A DNA stretch of 64,000 bases from Candidatus Cloacimonadales bacterium (GCA_963677495.2 CAXXOU010000004.1:96001-160000); one strand, 5' to 3'. Shown: positions 1 through 13,100, counted from the stretch's first letter. Notes: generated from the sequence alone by a model not told the origin. A program made the numbers and translations.

Positions 1-1889
1 GTGCGTTTATTGCTTACTCCCATTATAATGGGTCTGATTATGATATCTATGCTGAAAGAGTTGCATCAGATGGTACTGAATATTGGAACTATGCGATATG
101 TACAGCTTCGCAACATCAGTTATATCCTGTTGTCCTTCCTGATGGCTCCGGAGGAGCTGTTATGGCTTGGGAGGATAATAGAAGTCCTGCACTTCTCACT
201 GATATATATGGTCAGAAAATCGATGAGAACGGAACAATCATGTGGACTCCTACAGGATTACCTATTGCCGTAGCGTCACAGGATCAAGATGATCCTGTAA
301 TTGCTTCTGATGAGTTGGGAGGTATGTACATCACTTGGAATGACTACAGAGATGGCAGACATTATGATGTCTTCCTACAGCGCGTGTACAGTGATGGCTC
401 GATGTGGTCATCAAAAGCAGATATTGGAGATGGTGGGGCAGACGATTTCTGGCCTGCTCTTGATAATAATGGCTCTGAAGGTGCTTTCATCTCCTGGTGG
501 GAAGATATGGGAAGCAGTGGTGATGATATAAACGTAACATATGTGTTGAGTGATGGTACAATTGTTTTCGAAACAGGAGTTGTAACTGATACTGCTGATA
601 GAACCAGTCCGGCTTTAACATGCGATGACAATGGCAATGCCTATATCAGCTTTGGTGACCAAAGAGACGGTTCTGCTGTTGTTTGGATGCAGAAAATGGA
701 TACTACCGGTACTAAATTATGGACTGATGACGGTGTCGCGACTAATACAGGAACTAATCCGGGAGCAAACTCATTTATGCATATTACTGATAACGAGTAT
801 GTAATTTGTTTCTGGGAGGTTGGTAATAATGAAGATATATATTGCCAAGCATTTACCGATCAAGGTAATGCACCAAACTCTGAAAGAAATGCTGTTTCAA
901 GCACAGGACTTTACTTCTACTTTGATGTCGGTATTGAGCTTGATTTCGACTCTGTCAGTGGATCCGGTAATGTTGATATCGCATTGGCACAAGAGCAGAT
1001 CACCGGAGTGGGGATAACAAATCCTGCTTCAGCTTGGTGGCGTATTGAGGAAGAGGCAGGTATTACCGGTTTTACCACTGATATTGTCTTCGATTACTCA
1101 CCTTATCAAGCAGAATTTGATGAGAACCTACTCAAAATCTTCGTTAATGAAGGTGCCGGTTGGCTAGAGTATCCTAATTTTACTATAGATACTGTAGGAA
1201 AGACAATTACTGCACTTGGAGCAACAGATTTTAGTGATTGGACTCTTGGTGAAGATATTGATGATCCCCTACCTGTTACACTTTCATCTTTTACTGCTAC
1301 ACTTAATGTAAACGATGATGTGGAACTTCAATGGGTAGTTGAATCTGAAACCGGTATTGTCGGTTATAACATCTACAGGAATGAAGAAGAGGAGCTAGAG
1401 TACTCTGATTGCATGAATAATCTTATTCTACCTGCAACTAACAACTCGCAAGTTCATGAATACTCCTATGTTGATATTGAAGCTGAAGAGGGCTACACCT
1501 ATAACTATTGGTTACAGAGTGTTGAGATAGATGGTACAACAACATTCTATGGACCGGTAATGATAACAATCGCATCAGAGGATGAGGGAGAGGAGGTTGA
1601 AACTCCAACTCTCAAGAACGATTTAATCTCAATCTACCCCAATCCATTCAATCCAACAACTACTGTTTTATTCTCTTTGAAAGAGATAGGAGATGTGAAA
1701 ATTGATATGTATAACTTGAAAGGGCAACTTGTCAAAACACAATTATTAGCAAATCAAGATGGCGGCAATCATGCTTATAGACTCGATGCAATAAGTGATA
1801 ATGGTTCAAAACTATCAAGTGGAGTTTATCAACTCAAAGTTACTATGGATGGTGAAACCTTTTCGAGTAAAGTAGTTCTGCTTAAATAA
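1..1889 (+). CDS. Secreted protein with repeated beta-rich N-terminal units and a C-terminal FlgD-Ig/T9SS type A-like sorting domain (5'-truncated)
   Basis: The frame of the 162..1889 ORF is open back to position 3 (AFIAYSHYNGSDYDIYAERV...). It has repeated 'W-D-R...DIY-Q' units, a 'PLPVTLSSFTA' linker and a C-terminus 'IYPNPFNPTTTV...SKVVLLK'. Confidence 0.85.
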   Translation, partial: AFIAYSHYNGSDYDIYAERVASDGTEYWNYAICTASQHQLYPVVLPDGSGGAVMAWEDNRSPALLTDIYGQKIDENGTIMWTPTGLPIAVASQDQDDPVIASDELGGMYITWNDYRDGRHYDVFLQRVYSDGSMWSSKADIGDGGADDFWPALDNNGSEGAFISWWEDMGSSGDDINVTYVLSDGTIVFETGVVTDTADRTSPALTCDDNGNAYISFGDQRDGSAVVWMQKMDTTGTKLWTDDGVATNTGTNPGANSFMHITDNEYVICFWEVGNNEDIYCQAFTDQGNAPNSERNAVSSTGLYFYFDVGIELDFDSVSGSGNVDIALAQEQITGVGITNPASAWWRIEEEAGITGFTTDIVFDYSPYQAEFDENLLKIFVNEGAGWLEYPNFTIDTVGKTITALGATDFSDWTLGEDIDDPLPVTLSSFTATLNVNDDVELQWVVESETGIVGYNIYRNEEEELEYSDCMNNLILPATNNSQVHEYSYVDIEAEEGYTYNYWLQSVEIDGTTTFYGPVMITIASEDEGEEVETPTLKNDLISIYPNPFNPTTTVLFSLKEIGDVKIDMYNLKGQLVKTQLLANQDGGNHAYRLDAISDNGSKLSSGVYQLKVTMDGETFSSKVVLLK

Positions 1890-1941
1890 GAGTTATTATC
1901 AGGCAATATAAAAAGTTAACATTTCTCTAGCGAGGAATTGG

Positions 1942-1975
1942 TGGCTGTTGGCAATGTCAGCAGCCATTTCTTTTT
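1942..1975 (+). terminator. Intrinsic terminator
   Basis: Stem TGGCTGTTGGC/GTCAGCAGCCA (with G-U pairs) followed by TTTCTTTTT, after the CDS stop. Confidence 0.7.
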
Positions 1976-2017
1976 GTCAGTTATTCTGATTACTTTCAGT
2001 TGGACAAATCTTTTCAT

Positions 2018-2210
2018 CAAAACGTAGTCATCTCACTGTTCTCCCACTGTGCACGCACTGTGAACCCAGTGAAACAGTGGGTTGGCAGTGCCTTCACAGT
2101 GCGTGCACAGTGCAGACACAGTGGGTGGGTGGAAACTGGAATAAAAGAGAGTGAAAAGGGCAAAAAATGTCGCTAAGTTCTTGGTAAAGGCACTGTGTAT
2201 GTCTCTTTAG
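2018..2210. repeat. ~190-bp dispersed palindromic element, copy 1 (11-bp-phased CACTG/CAGTG hairpin)
   Basis: Perfect 20-bp inverted repeat CACTGTGCACGCACTGTGAA (2045-2064) / TTCACAGTGCGTGCACAGTG (2093-2112). Homologous to 38081-38275. Confidence 0.9.
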
Positions 2211-2730
2211 GACTTGCTCCGCAACGAAGTGTGGGGCGAGAACGAAATTCAGAGATATGCGACTTCGAAGTGCATTTCAGGAAGTCCGTTGCCTTATCTG
2301 GCGGACAAACTCCCTGAAATGCTGTAAGTCATTGCAAAAGCCACTGTGTATGTCTCTCTGAGCGAAGTTAATGAAGTGAAACGAAATGAACGAAGTCGAA
2401 CCGACGACCAACGGGAGGAGCTCGTAAGCCGATAGGCGCACAACTTCCGGGTCGCTCAGGTGGCTTTAGAGAATTTATGATAGAGTATTGACTTATCTTT
2501 TAGTGTTTTCCTTCGGAAAATAGCTTTTCATTAGTTGGGAGACTAAAGCTATCGGTGAGTTCCCTCTACTCGTTCATACTTCACTCGATCGGGATGAGAG
2601 GCTTTGCGGTCACCCTTACGACCAACGGGAGTTCAGGGATTTGCGTACTTCGAAGTGCATTTTAGGAAGTCCGTTGCTTTATCGGGCCGACAAACTCCCT
2701 GAAATGCGGTAAATTATTGTAGTATAACAG
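2211..2730. repeat. Mosaic cluster of REP-like palindromes
   Basis: Direct repeat 'tgcg(t)acttcgaagtgcattt(c/t)aggaagtccgttg...acaaactccctgaaatgc' at ~2258 and ~2642. CGACCAACGGGAG motifs at ~2405 and ~2619. CTGAGCGA...TCGCTCAG stem. Confidence 0.75.
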
Positions 2731-2804
2731 TAATCTACTGTTAACATATATGTTAGATGATATGATTGGTAGCTTGTAACTTAGAAGTAAATACAAATAA
2801 CTCT

Positions 2805-2833
2805 TTGACAGAAAATGAGCTATGATATAATAT
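2805..2833 (+). promoter_or_regulatory. Putative sigma70 promoter of the tilS operon
   Basis: TTGACA at 2805-2810, followed by TATAAT (15-bp spacer) or TAATAT (17-bp spacer). Confidence 0.6.
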
Positions 2834-2864
2834 AACATGACAAAGAAAATAGGAAGGTTTAAAC

Positions 2865-4295
2865 ATGACTTACAGTGAGAGTTTTTTAGCCAAATTCGAA
2901 GAATACGCTTTAAAAGAAAAGCTCTTTTCAGATAATGACAAACTACTTGTAGGGGTCTCCGGTGGGGCAGATTCGATAGCGTTATTGTATGCACTTTACC
3001 AACTTAGTATTAAGTATCAGCTCTTTCTGTTAGTGGCACATGTTAATTATAGATTAAGGGGAAAAGAATCTCAGGCGGATGAGAAATTTGTGAAGAACTT
3101 CTGTTTTGATCGCAATATATCCCTTGTAATAAAAGACCAGAAACTTGATCCGGAGCAACCCGGATTAGAAGATAAAGCACGTCAGATAAGGTTAGATTTC
3201 TTCAAGAAACTTTCCCCTAAATATGGTATAAAGGCGATTGCTCTTGGGCATCATAAAGAGGACCAGGCAGAAACTGTGCTCATGAAAGCACTCAGAGGAG
3301 CAGGCTACACCGGTTTAAAAGGTATACAGCCAAAGAGTGAGGATATCATACATCCACTTCTACCATTTTCTAAAGATGAGATAAAGCAATACCTTACAGA
3401 ACAGGGAATCGAATGGCGTGAAGATAAATCCAATGCTGAGAATGAATTTACCAGAAACAAGCTTAGAAATCAGATGATCCCTTGGATTAAAGAAAACCTT
3501 AATCCTAACATTATCGATCAATTGAACCTTCTTGGTAGCATTTTTGCCGACACAGATGAGTTTATGTATGAGTCAGCTAAGCATAAGTTTAGGCACCTTA
3601 GAGAACTCTCAAAAGATGGTAAAACTATCTTCTCTATTCCTGATCTCAGACGTGAAAACAGTAGTTTGCTCTTTTATGTTTTTAGACTTGCTTATGCATA
3701 TTACAGCTTTACAGAGAAAGATTTCTATTTTAATAACTATAAAGAGATAGTGAACATCATGGACTCAGAAGCCAGTAAGTATATTACGCTTCCGCACGAA
3801 GTTTATGTTGTGAAAGAGTATGATAAGCTTATATTTACAGATGAAGATCCTATCTTCCAACCGGATGAAACAGAGAAGACTATTGATAGTATCAGAAGCA
3901 GATTCAGTTTCGGTGACTATATCTTTAGTATGAAGAAGCTAAAAATGCTCCCTAAAGGCCAACCTTTCCTAGATAAGAATGTTGCATATTTAGATTATGA
4001 AAGTGTTACTTTTCCGTTAGTTGTACGTTACAGAACTGATGGTGACAGCTTTGTTCCTTATGGTATGGTTGGAGAGAAGAAACTGAAAGATTTTTTCATT
4101 GACGAAAAGGTGCCTAAATTTGACAGAGATAGGATACCATTAATAACAGATGGTGAAAATATTATTTGGGTTGGTGGACACCGAATTAGTAATAATTATC
4201 GGTTGAGTAACGAGTCCAAAGGAATTTTAATGATTAAGATGGAAAGGAAGAGCAGACTCAAACATCGCTCAGCCTCTCGATATGGGAATGAATAA
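2865..4295 (+). CDS. tilS: tRNA(Ile)-lysidine synthetase
   Basis: PP-loop SGGADS, HHKEDQAET, RNKLR and C-terminal KKLKDFFIDEKVP motifs. Conserved tilS-hpt-ftsH order. Confidence 0.97.
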   Translation: MTYSESFLAKFEEYALKEKLFSDNDKLLVGVSGGADSIALLYALYQLSIKYQLFLLVAHVNYRLRGKESQADEKFVKNFCFDRNISLVIKDQKLDPEQPGLEDKARQIRLDFFKKLSPKYGIKAIALGHHKEDQAETVLMKALRGAGYTGLKGIQPKSEDIIHPLLPFSKDEIKQYLTEQGIEWREDKSNAENEFTRNKLRNQMIPWIKENLNPNIIDQLNLLGSIFADTDEFMYESAKHKFRHLRELSKDGKTIFSIPDLRRENSSLLFYVFRLAYAYYSFTEKDFYFNNYKEIVNIMDSEASKYITLPHEVYVVKEYDKLIFTDEDPIFQPDETEKTIDSIRSRFSFGDYIFSMKKLKMLPKGQPFLDKNVAYLDYESVTFPLVVRYRTDGDSFVPYGMVGEKKLKDFFIDEKVPKFDRDRIPLITDGENIIWVGGHRISNNYRLSNESKGILMIKMERKSRLKHRSASRYGNE

Positions 4296-4831
4296 TGATT
4301 AATGATATAGAAAAGATATTGATGTCTGAAGCGGACATTGCTAACAAGATTAAAGAGCTTGGTGATAAGATAACTTCTGACTTTGCAGGTAAAGAACCAG
4401 TTTTTGTTTGTGTTCTAAAAGGTGCTTCTCTCTTTATGAGTGACCTTATTAGAGCTGTGAACCTTCCTTGTTCTATAGACTTTATGGCTATCTCAAGTTA
4501 TGGAGATAGTACTGTCTCATCCGGTGTGGTTAGAATTAAGAAAGATATCGACACTGATTTAACAGGTAAAGATGTTATAATTGTAGAAGATATAGTTGAT
4601 TCCGGTCTTTCACTTGAGTACATTCGCTCATATCTTGCAAAACACAACCCGAATTCCGTGAATGTTTGTGTTCTGCTTGATAAACCAAAAGCACATAAAA
4701 CTGAAGTGCATATTGACTATGTCGGTTTTGAAGTTGGTAACGAGTTTGTTGTTGGGTATGGACTGGACTTTGCTAATAAATATAGAAATCTTCCCTATAT
4801 CGGTATCTTAAAAGAGGAAGTTTATAGATGA
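4295..4831 (+). CDS. hpt: Hypoxanthine phosphoribosyltransferase
   Basis: VLKGA, PRPP-binding [11 protein letters not shown] and FVVGYGLD motifs. TAATG overlap with tilS. Confidence 0.97.
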   Translation: MINDIEKILMSEADIANKIKELGDKITSDFAGKEPVFVCVLKGASLFMSDLIRAVNLPCSIDFMAISSYGDSTVSSGVVRIKKDIDTDLTGKDVIIVEDIVDSGLSLEYIRSYLAKHNPNSVNVCVLLDKPKAHKTEVHIDYVGFEVGNEFVVGYGLDFANKYRNLPYIGILKEEVYR

Positions 4832-6884
4832 ACAACGAACAAGACCCAAAGCAGAATAAAAAGATGCCTAATCCCTTTAACCAGAAGCGTTCAAAGAACC
4901 TGACTTTCTGGATAGTGCTTATCCTCCTGATAGTAGTTCTCTATCAGATGTTCGGAATGAGTAGAGGTAAGGTAGTCGAAATTGACTACACTAATTTTGT
5001 GACAAAAGTGAACTCTCAGCAGATAGAGGAAGTTATGTTCATGGAGCAGGATCTCATGATCAAAGATGTTGCAGGAACTAAGTACCATACATATCTTCCA
5101 CCAGAGACAACCGGACTAACAGAGATGTTGGTGGAAAATGGTGTAATGGTTAAATCAACAAAACCATCTATTTGGCGTGGACTTATTTGGAATCTTTTAC
5201 CAATCATTCTTCTGATAGGATTCTGGTTATTCATGATGAGAGGTATGAATAACAATAACAGTAGAGCTTTTAGTTTTGGAAAAAGCAAAGCACGCCTTTA
5301 TAAGGGTGATAAGACCAGAATAACATTCAAAGATGTTGCCGGAGTTGAGGAAGCTAAAGAGGAGCTTGAGGAGATTGTGGATTTCCTTAAAGACCCTAAG
5401 AAGTTTCAGAAACTCGGAGGTCGTATCCCACGTGGTGTACTTCTTGCAGGCAGACCGGGTACAGGTAAAACCCTTTTAGCAAAAGCGGTAGCAGGAGAGG
5501 CTAAAGTTCCTTTCTTCACAATTAGTGGTTCTGACTTTGTTGAGATGTTCGTAGGTGTGGGTGCAGCTCGTGTAAGAGACCTTTTTGAACAAGCAAAACG
5601 CAATGCACCATGTATTGCTTTTATTGATGAAATTGACGCAGTTGGTCGTCATCGTGGATCAGGACTCGGTGGTGGACATGATGAGAGAGAGCAGACACTT
5701 AACCAGCTTCTTGTTCAGATGGACGGTTTTGAAGAGAATGATGCTGTTATCATTATTGCTGCAACTAATAGACCTGATATTCTAGACCCTGCTCTTCTGA
5801 GACCGGGTCGATTTGACAGACAGGTTATGGTTGACCTACCTGATATTAACGGTCGCTATGAGATTCTCAAAGTGCATTCGAGAAAAGTTCCATTAACTGA
5901 CGATGTTAATCTGAAAGTTATTGCTCGTGGTACACCTGGATTCAGTGGTGCTGACCTTGCAAACCTTGTTAATGAAGCAGCCCTTATTGCTGCTAGAAAA
6001 AGTAAAGCAGGTATCGAAGCTGATGACTTTGAAGATGCAAAAGATAAGGTAACACTTGGAAAAGCTAAGAAGAGTCGTGTAATCAGTGAAGATGAACGCA
6101 GAGTTACTGCTTACCATGAGGTTGGTCATGTACTTTGCTCTATCTTCCAGGAGAAGAACTGAAACCTGTTCATAAAGTAACTATCATTCCACGTGGTTTC
6201 ACAGGTGGTGCAACTCACTATATGGGTGATGACAAATCAAACTATTCACGAGAATATCTCTTCCAGATGATTGTTAGCCTTCTTGGTGGCAGAGCTGCTG
6301 AAGAGGTGAAGTTCAAAGAGGTAACCACCGGTGCCGGTAATGATATTGATAGAGCTACTGATTTAGCTAAAAAGATGGTTACAAATTGGGGTATGAGTGA
6401 GAAAGTTGGACCAATCCGTATTGGTAAACAGCAAGAGGAAGTATTCCTTGGTAAAGAGATTGGTCATCGTGATTTCTATAGTGATGACACAGCACGGGTG
6501 ATTGATTCTGAGATTAGAGCCTTAATCGATAATGCACATAGTACAGCTTTAAGAATAATGAGCGAAAACTCAGAGCTTATGGATACTTTATCTGAGAAGC
6601 TTCTTGTGACTGAGACCTTGAATACTGACGAGATTTTTGATATTATCTTTGAGAGCTGTAAACCTGAAATGCGTGAGCTTGTGGAGAAGAAGTTCCAGAA
6701 AGCTAGTGAAATGCGATTTGATGACAGGCTAGAGCAGGAGAAGAAAGAGAATACTATAGAATCTGAGCAACCTGACCTTTTTAGTGATGATGAGATTGAT
6801 GAACTTACTGAGACTCTCGTAAATGAAGAGGTCTCTAATGATGAAACTAAGGTTGAGGATGAGAAAGATAAAACTGAGGATTAG
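4828..6884 (+). CDS. ftsH: ATP-dependent zinc metalloprotease FtsH, split by one frameshift near 6150-6165 (ORFs 4828..6162 and 6135..6884)
   Basis: Two TM helices, Walker [25 protein letters not shown] and HEVGH in the first [23 protein letters not shown] and GAGND continue in the second frame. Confidence 0.95.
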
Positions 6885-6906
6885 AATCCTCTTCCAATAG
6901 ATATTC

Positions 6907-6943
6907 AAGCCCTGACCGGCTTAGTTCGGTCACGGCTTTTTTT
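6907..6943 (+). terminator. Intrinsic terminator after ftsH
   Basis: AAGCC-C-TGACCGG / TCGGTCA-C-GGCTT stem followed by a T run. Confidence 0.7.
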
Positions 6944-6968
6944 GTAATTAATACCTAAGGAGAAATAG

Positions 6969-8431
<1,463 letters not shown>

Positions 8432-8432
<1 letters not shown>

Positions 8433-9349
8433 TGTCCATTAGTGATCATAAAGTCTTAGACCCGCAGAAAACTGCGGGTCTGAACAATTATCTCTTCTTT
8501 CTGAAGATTGAGAAAGGGCTTAGCCCTAATAGTATAGAAAGCTATAAACGTGACCTTCTTGATTTTCTCTTGTATGATGACTTTGCAAAGAAGCTTGATA
8601 AATACACATCTGATGATGTTTTAAACTATCTCGTTAGCCTTCAAGAGATAGGTCTGATGAATACATCCATTGCAAGAAAGAGAAGTGCTCTTAAGTCATT
8701 CTTCCTTTTCCTCAAAGATGAGGGAGAGGAGATAGATGTAGACTTCGATACTATCCCATCTATTAAATACGGTCAAAAACTTCCGGAGATACTTAGTGTT
8801 GACCAGATGTTGCAACTACTTAGAGCTGTAGAACCAACAGATCATACACCTCTTAGAAACAGAGCAATGCTGGAATTACTCTATGCTACAGGAATGCGTG
8901 TCTCAGAGATGTTATCGCTTAGTGTTCATAACATAGACTGGCAGGAAAGGGTTGTGCTGATTCATGGCAAAGGTCGTAAGCAACGTATTGTACCAATGGC
9001 AGATATAGCTTTTAATTATGTTGAGAAGTATAGATTGGAATCACGACCATATTTCAAGAAACACAACGATACAGACATCCTCTTCTTAAACAGATTCAGT
9101 AACCAAATGAGTCGCATGGGTTTTTGGAAGATCGTGCAGGAATCAGCTAAAAAGGCAGGCTTGCGAGTCCATATCTCTCCCCATACTTTTAGGCATAGTT
9201 TCGCAACTCATCTTTTGGAAGCCGGTGCCAACCTTAGAATAGTTCAAGAGCTACTCGGACATTCCAGTCTTAATACAACACAAATCTATACAAACATTGA
9301 TACTTCCCACTTAATTGAGGTACATAAGCAATATCATCCTCGCGGGTAA
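8432..9349 (+). CDS. xerD: Site-specific tyrosine recombinase XerD-like
   Basis: LLYATGMRVSE, HGKGRKQR, SPHTFRHSFATHLL, LLGH, TTQIY and C-terminal YHPR. TAATG-coupled to guaB. Confidence 0.9.
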
Positions 9350-9446
9350 GTCTACTATAATATCTATAGCTACTTTACCAAAAACAATTGACAATATAAG
9401 CTATATCAAAAACATATTCTTAAGAAATAAACACTAGGAAAGAGAT

Positions 9447-9782
9447 ATGTTTAATTTGAATGGAAAGAAATATCCATGCTGCACCAGCCTTACAATGGCT
9501 GTTATAGGTGGCAAATGGAAGTCTGTAATCTTGTACCACCTTATGGAAGGTCCTCTCAGATATAGTGAGCTAAGAAATAAAATAGAAGGTATAACAGAGA
9601 GAACCTTGAGTATACAGCTTAAAAAACTTGAAGAGGATGGGATTGTCTCTCGTAAAGTTTACGTAGATTTCGCACCAATCAAGGTTGAATATGCCCTCAC
9701 AGAATGTGGAGAGACTCTAAAGCCACTGCTTAATTCGATTGCTGAGTGGGGTGAACAATACGCTAACTGTAAGTTGCACTAG
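9447..9782 (+). CDS. HxlR-family winged-helix transcriptional regulator
   Basis: IGGKWKSVIL...LRYSEL...ITERTLSIQLKKLE...KVEYALT signature. Confidence 0.92.
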   Translation: MFNLNGKKYPCCTSLTMAVIGGKWKSVILYHLMEGPLRYSELRNKIEGITERTLSIQLKKLEEDGIVSRKVYVDFAPIKVEYALTECGETLKPLLNSIAEWGEQYANCKLH

Positions 9783-9822
9783 AGCAGCTACAATATGTAG
9801 AAGTAATACTTCTAGCATACAC

Positions 9823-9903
9823 TGGGTACGCAGACATCTTGTCCGCATTAAATGGGTACCCCGGCATCTTGCCGGGAAAAAGGCAGCGGACAAGTTGTCG
9901 ACG
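9823..9903. repeat. REP-like palindrome cluster (GGGTAC + hairpin)
   Basis: GGGTACGCAGACATCTTGTCCGC, GGGTACCCCGGCATCTTGCCGGG and an inverted unit GCGGACAAGTTGTC. Confidence 0.7.
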
Positions 9904-10037
9904 AAACAAGTATAATCTTTTTTGGGAAGATGATACCTTTCACTATTGATTAACCTCAAAGAATTAAGGGAGTTTGCCGGAACTTCATGATAATGAAGTG
10001 AAAGCCGACTTCCGTGATTCTTTGAAGTGGCGGGATA

Positions 10038-10111
10038 AACGCCCCGGAGAGACGTTTTACGTAATTCAGCGGTCTCGGCTGAGAAACCAACGCCCCAAAG
10101 AGACGTTTTAC
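10038..10111. repeat. 74-bp REPIN-like element, inverted copy of 16332-16405
   Basis: Its reverse complement matches 16332-16405 at 67/74 positions (hand alignment). It is built of two AACGCCCC..GAGACGTTTTAC units around a TCAGC..GCTGA hairpin. Confidence 0.85.
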
Positions 10112-10115
10112 GTTC

Positions 10116-13100
10116 TTACCCTTTCTTCAGCCCATGTCTCTTGATAATTCTATCGATACGGGGACGACTTGTCTTGAGTCTACTTGCTGTTTTAGATTTA
10201 TTCCAGTTTGTTTCTTTCAATGTCTGCTCAATAATCTTCACTTCAAACTGGGATATTGCATCATCCAAGCTGTCAATACCAGAAAGTTCTAGCGTCTCTT
10301 GGTTTAGCTTAAGCAACTCACTGTTAGTCTCTTCACCAATCAGGTTTGAAACAGTTATTGGGAAGTCAATTGCACCATTAACAACGCCCTTTTCAATCAT
10401 ATTTCTTAGTTCTCTTACGTTGTTTAACTTATAGTCCTGTTTTGTAAGGAATTCCATTGCTCCTTGTGAGAAACCATTGTTTTCTCTTCCATACTTCTTA
10501 GCAAATGATTTCAGGAAAGATTCAGCCAGTAGAGGAATATCCTCTTTATGTTCTCTAAGAGCAGGAACTGTAAGATTGAAAACATTGAGCCTGAAATATA
10601 GGTCATTACGGAACTTATTGGTAGTGACTTCTTGTTGTAAATCCCTATTGGTAGCAGATATAATTCTAACATCAGTCTTTACTGTTTTCTCACTGCCAAG
10701 TGGTGTGATCTCATTGTTCTCTATTGCTCGGAGTAACTTTGCTTGTAGCTGCAGTGGAAGTTCTCCAATCTCATCAAGAAAGAGTGAACCACCTTTTGCC
10801 AATTCAAACATACCTTTGCGATTTGACATTGCACCTGTGAACGCACCTTTTGTATAACCAAACAGCTCGCTTTCAGCCAGATGTTCAGGTATTGCTGCAC
10901 AGTTTATCGAAATGAAAGGTCCTTTAACCCTTTGACTAAGGTTATGTATTGCTCTAGCTGTTACTTCCTTTCCGGTACCGGATTCACCTGTTATAAGAAC
11001 CGGAGCTTCTGCGAGGGCAGTTGTTGAAAGCTTCTTATAGAGTGTCCTCATTACTTCTGAGTTACCAACAAATCCTGTTTTTTCTTGAATAAGTAGTTCA
11101 GAGGTATCAGTTTGCTTCGAAAGGAAACTACGGAGTATGGGAAGTAGTATAGAACCTATTCTTTCAGCTTTACTCTCATCCGCATCGGTGAAAACACCTT
11201 TAGAGATGTTTCTTCTATCCAGATAAAGAGCCCCAACAATCGATGTGGAAAGCAGTAAAGGAACAGTTATCACTGAAAGGAATGACTTACCGAGTATACT
11301 CTCATTTGTCTTAAACTTGTCTGTATTCACTGCATTTCGAATAAGAATAGGTCTCATTTTCTCAGCAGCTTCTTTAATGATTCCGGTTGAGAAATCTAGG
11401 TCTTCACGGTCGAGATTCTTGCTAACTATGCTATTCTCAATCAACTTCTCATCTCTATTGAAGGTCACAATTCTGCAATTATCAGCATCAGTGCTCATGG
11501 TCAAGTATCGTAATAACTCATCATTAGCTGTTTCAGGAGACATAAGTTTCACCATGGAGTGTATTAGAAGCTCCGTATCTACTTGCTTAGATTCATAGCT
11601 ATCTTCAAGCTCTCGAATTCCGTTCTCCCAAAGTAAACTAGGTGTGTCATTGTTAAACTGTTTTAGCAGCGAAATCGCTCTTTGACGATGTAACTCGCTT
11701 CCTGTTAACTGGAAGATACAGCGACAATATTCTAGCTTAAAGGAATCATGCTCTGTTGTTTCCAGCTCTTTCATTAAGTTGAAAATAGCAGTATTCCTAA
11801 CTTCAAAGTCCTCTTTCATATTAAAGGCAGTTCTCGCGTAAGTTAGAGTTGCTTCATAAGTTACATCAGTCAGGTCTGATTTCTCTGCTTCATCAAGAAG
11901 ATACTTTGATAGCTGAATAGCTTCATCATATCTGCCTTGTCGTTCATATATTGATGCTCTAAGTGTCATATAGAAAAGCTTCTTCCCGGGCATTTGATTT
12001 GCTTCAGCTTCATCAATCGCTTTGTTTAGGAAGGATTCTGCCATGCTGAACTGGTGTAATTTAAAATAGACTGTAGCCTGGTTAAAATAGCATGCAATCA
12101 ATTGAACAATATTGTTTTGCTTGCTATCAATATCATATTGGAGTTTATAGTATTGCAGAGCTTTTTCATAGCTTCCCTTTTGGTTGTATGAATTTGCTAA
12201 ACTTGAGTAACCGATTGAAAGTCCGCGTAAATTGTTAGCTTCTTTCTCCATCTCTATCTTCTTCTCAAGGTATTCGATGGATCTATCGTAGTCTCCCATC
12301 AAGTTGTAGGTTACTCCAAGCGATGAGTAGCAGATAGCAATTATTCTATTAGACTCAAGCTCTTCTCCTATTTCTAAAGCTTTCAGGTAGTGTTCTTCTG
12401 CTGATTTAAGGTGACCAGTAGATCTTTCACAAAGTCCAATGTTTGAGTGTGTACTGGCTAACCCTTGTTTGTCACCAATTTCATCATAAAGTTTAATCTG
12501 ATTCAAAAGAATCTCTTTACCATCCTCATATTCTCCAGCTTCCAAGTATGAGTTTGCGAGCATTCCGGTAGCCCGAATCTTATCTTTAACCAGTTTTTGC
12601 TGATCTGCAAATGCAATCATTCTAATGCTAATCTCACGTGATTTCTTAATCTCATGTACCCTTAGATAAAACCATGCTAGGTCGTCATTTGCTGCTAGAA
12701 TATATTCCGGTATATTGAGCTCTTCTGCAAGTTTAACTGCTTTTGTAAATGGTTCCAATGCTAGCTTCATGACAGTCGTTCTCAGATACAGGTTTCCCAG
12801 TCGGGAGTACTCTTTGAGTAAAAGCTCATCAGGATTATCTTCTCGAATGGCAATTATAGTATTTAATACAGTGAAAGGATCATCAGTAGTTGGGAACAAC
12901 TCTTCTAAATTCGTTAAGGCTTCCTCTGTATTCCCAGTTTTATGCATCGCAAGGTAGTCTTCCAGAATACTTTCAATCTCGTCCTCATCTTTGTTATCAG
13001 TTTCGAGTTCATTATCTTCCAGAGCAGTAATCATATCATCCACTTGTAAAAAACGTTGAGTAGGATCAAGTGATATGGCTTTTTGAACTACATCTTTTAC

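Noticed and set aside
6135..6884. Separate gene, pseudogene or programmed frameshift for the FtsH C-terminus
   Set aside because: There is no canonical slippery heptamer, both halves are otherwise intact, and a second A-run indel occurs in the same window. An assembly error is more parsimonious.
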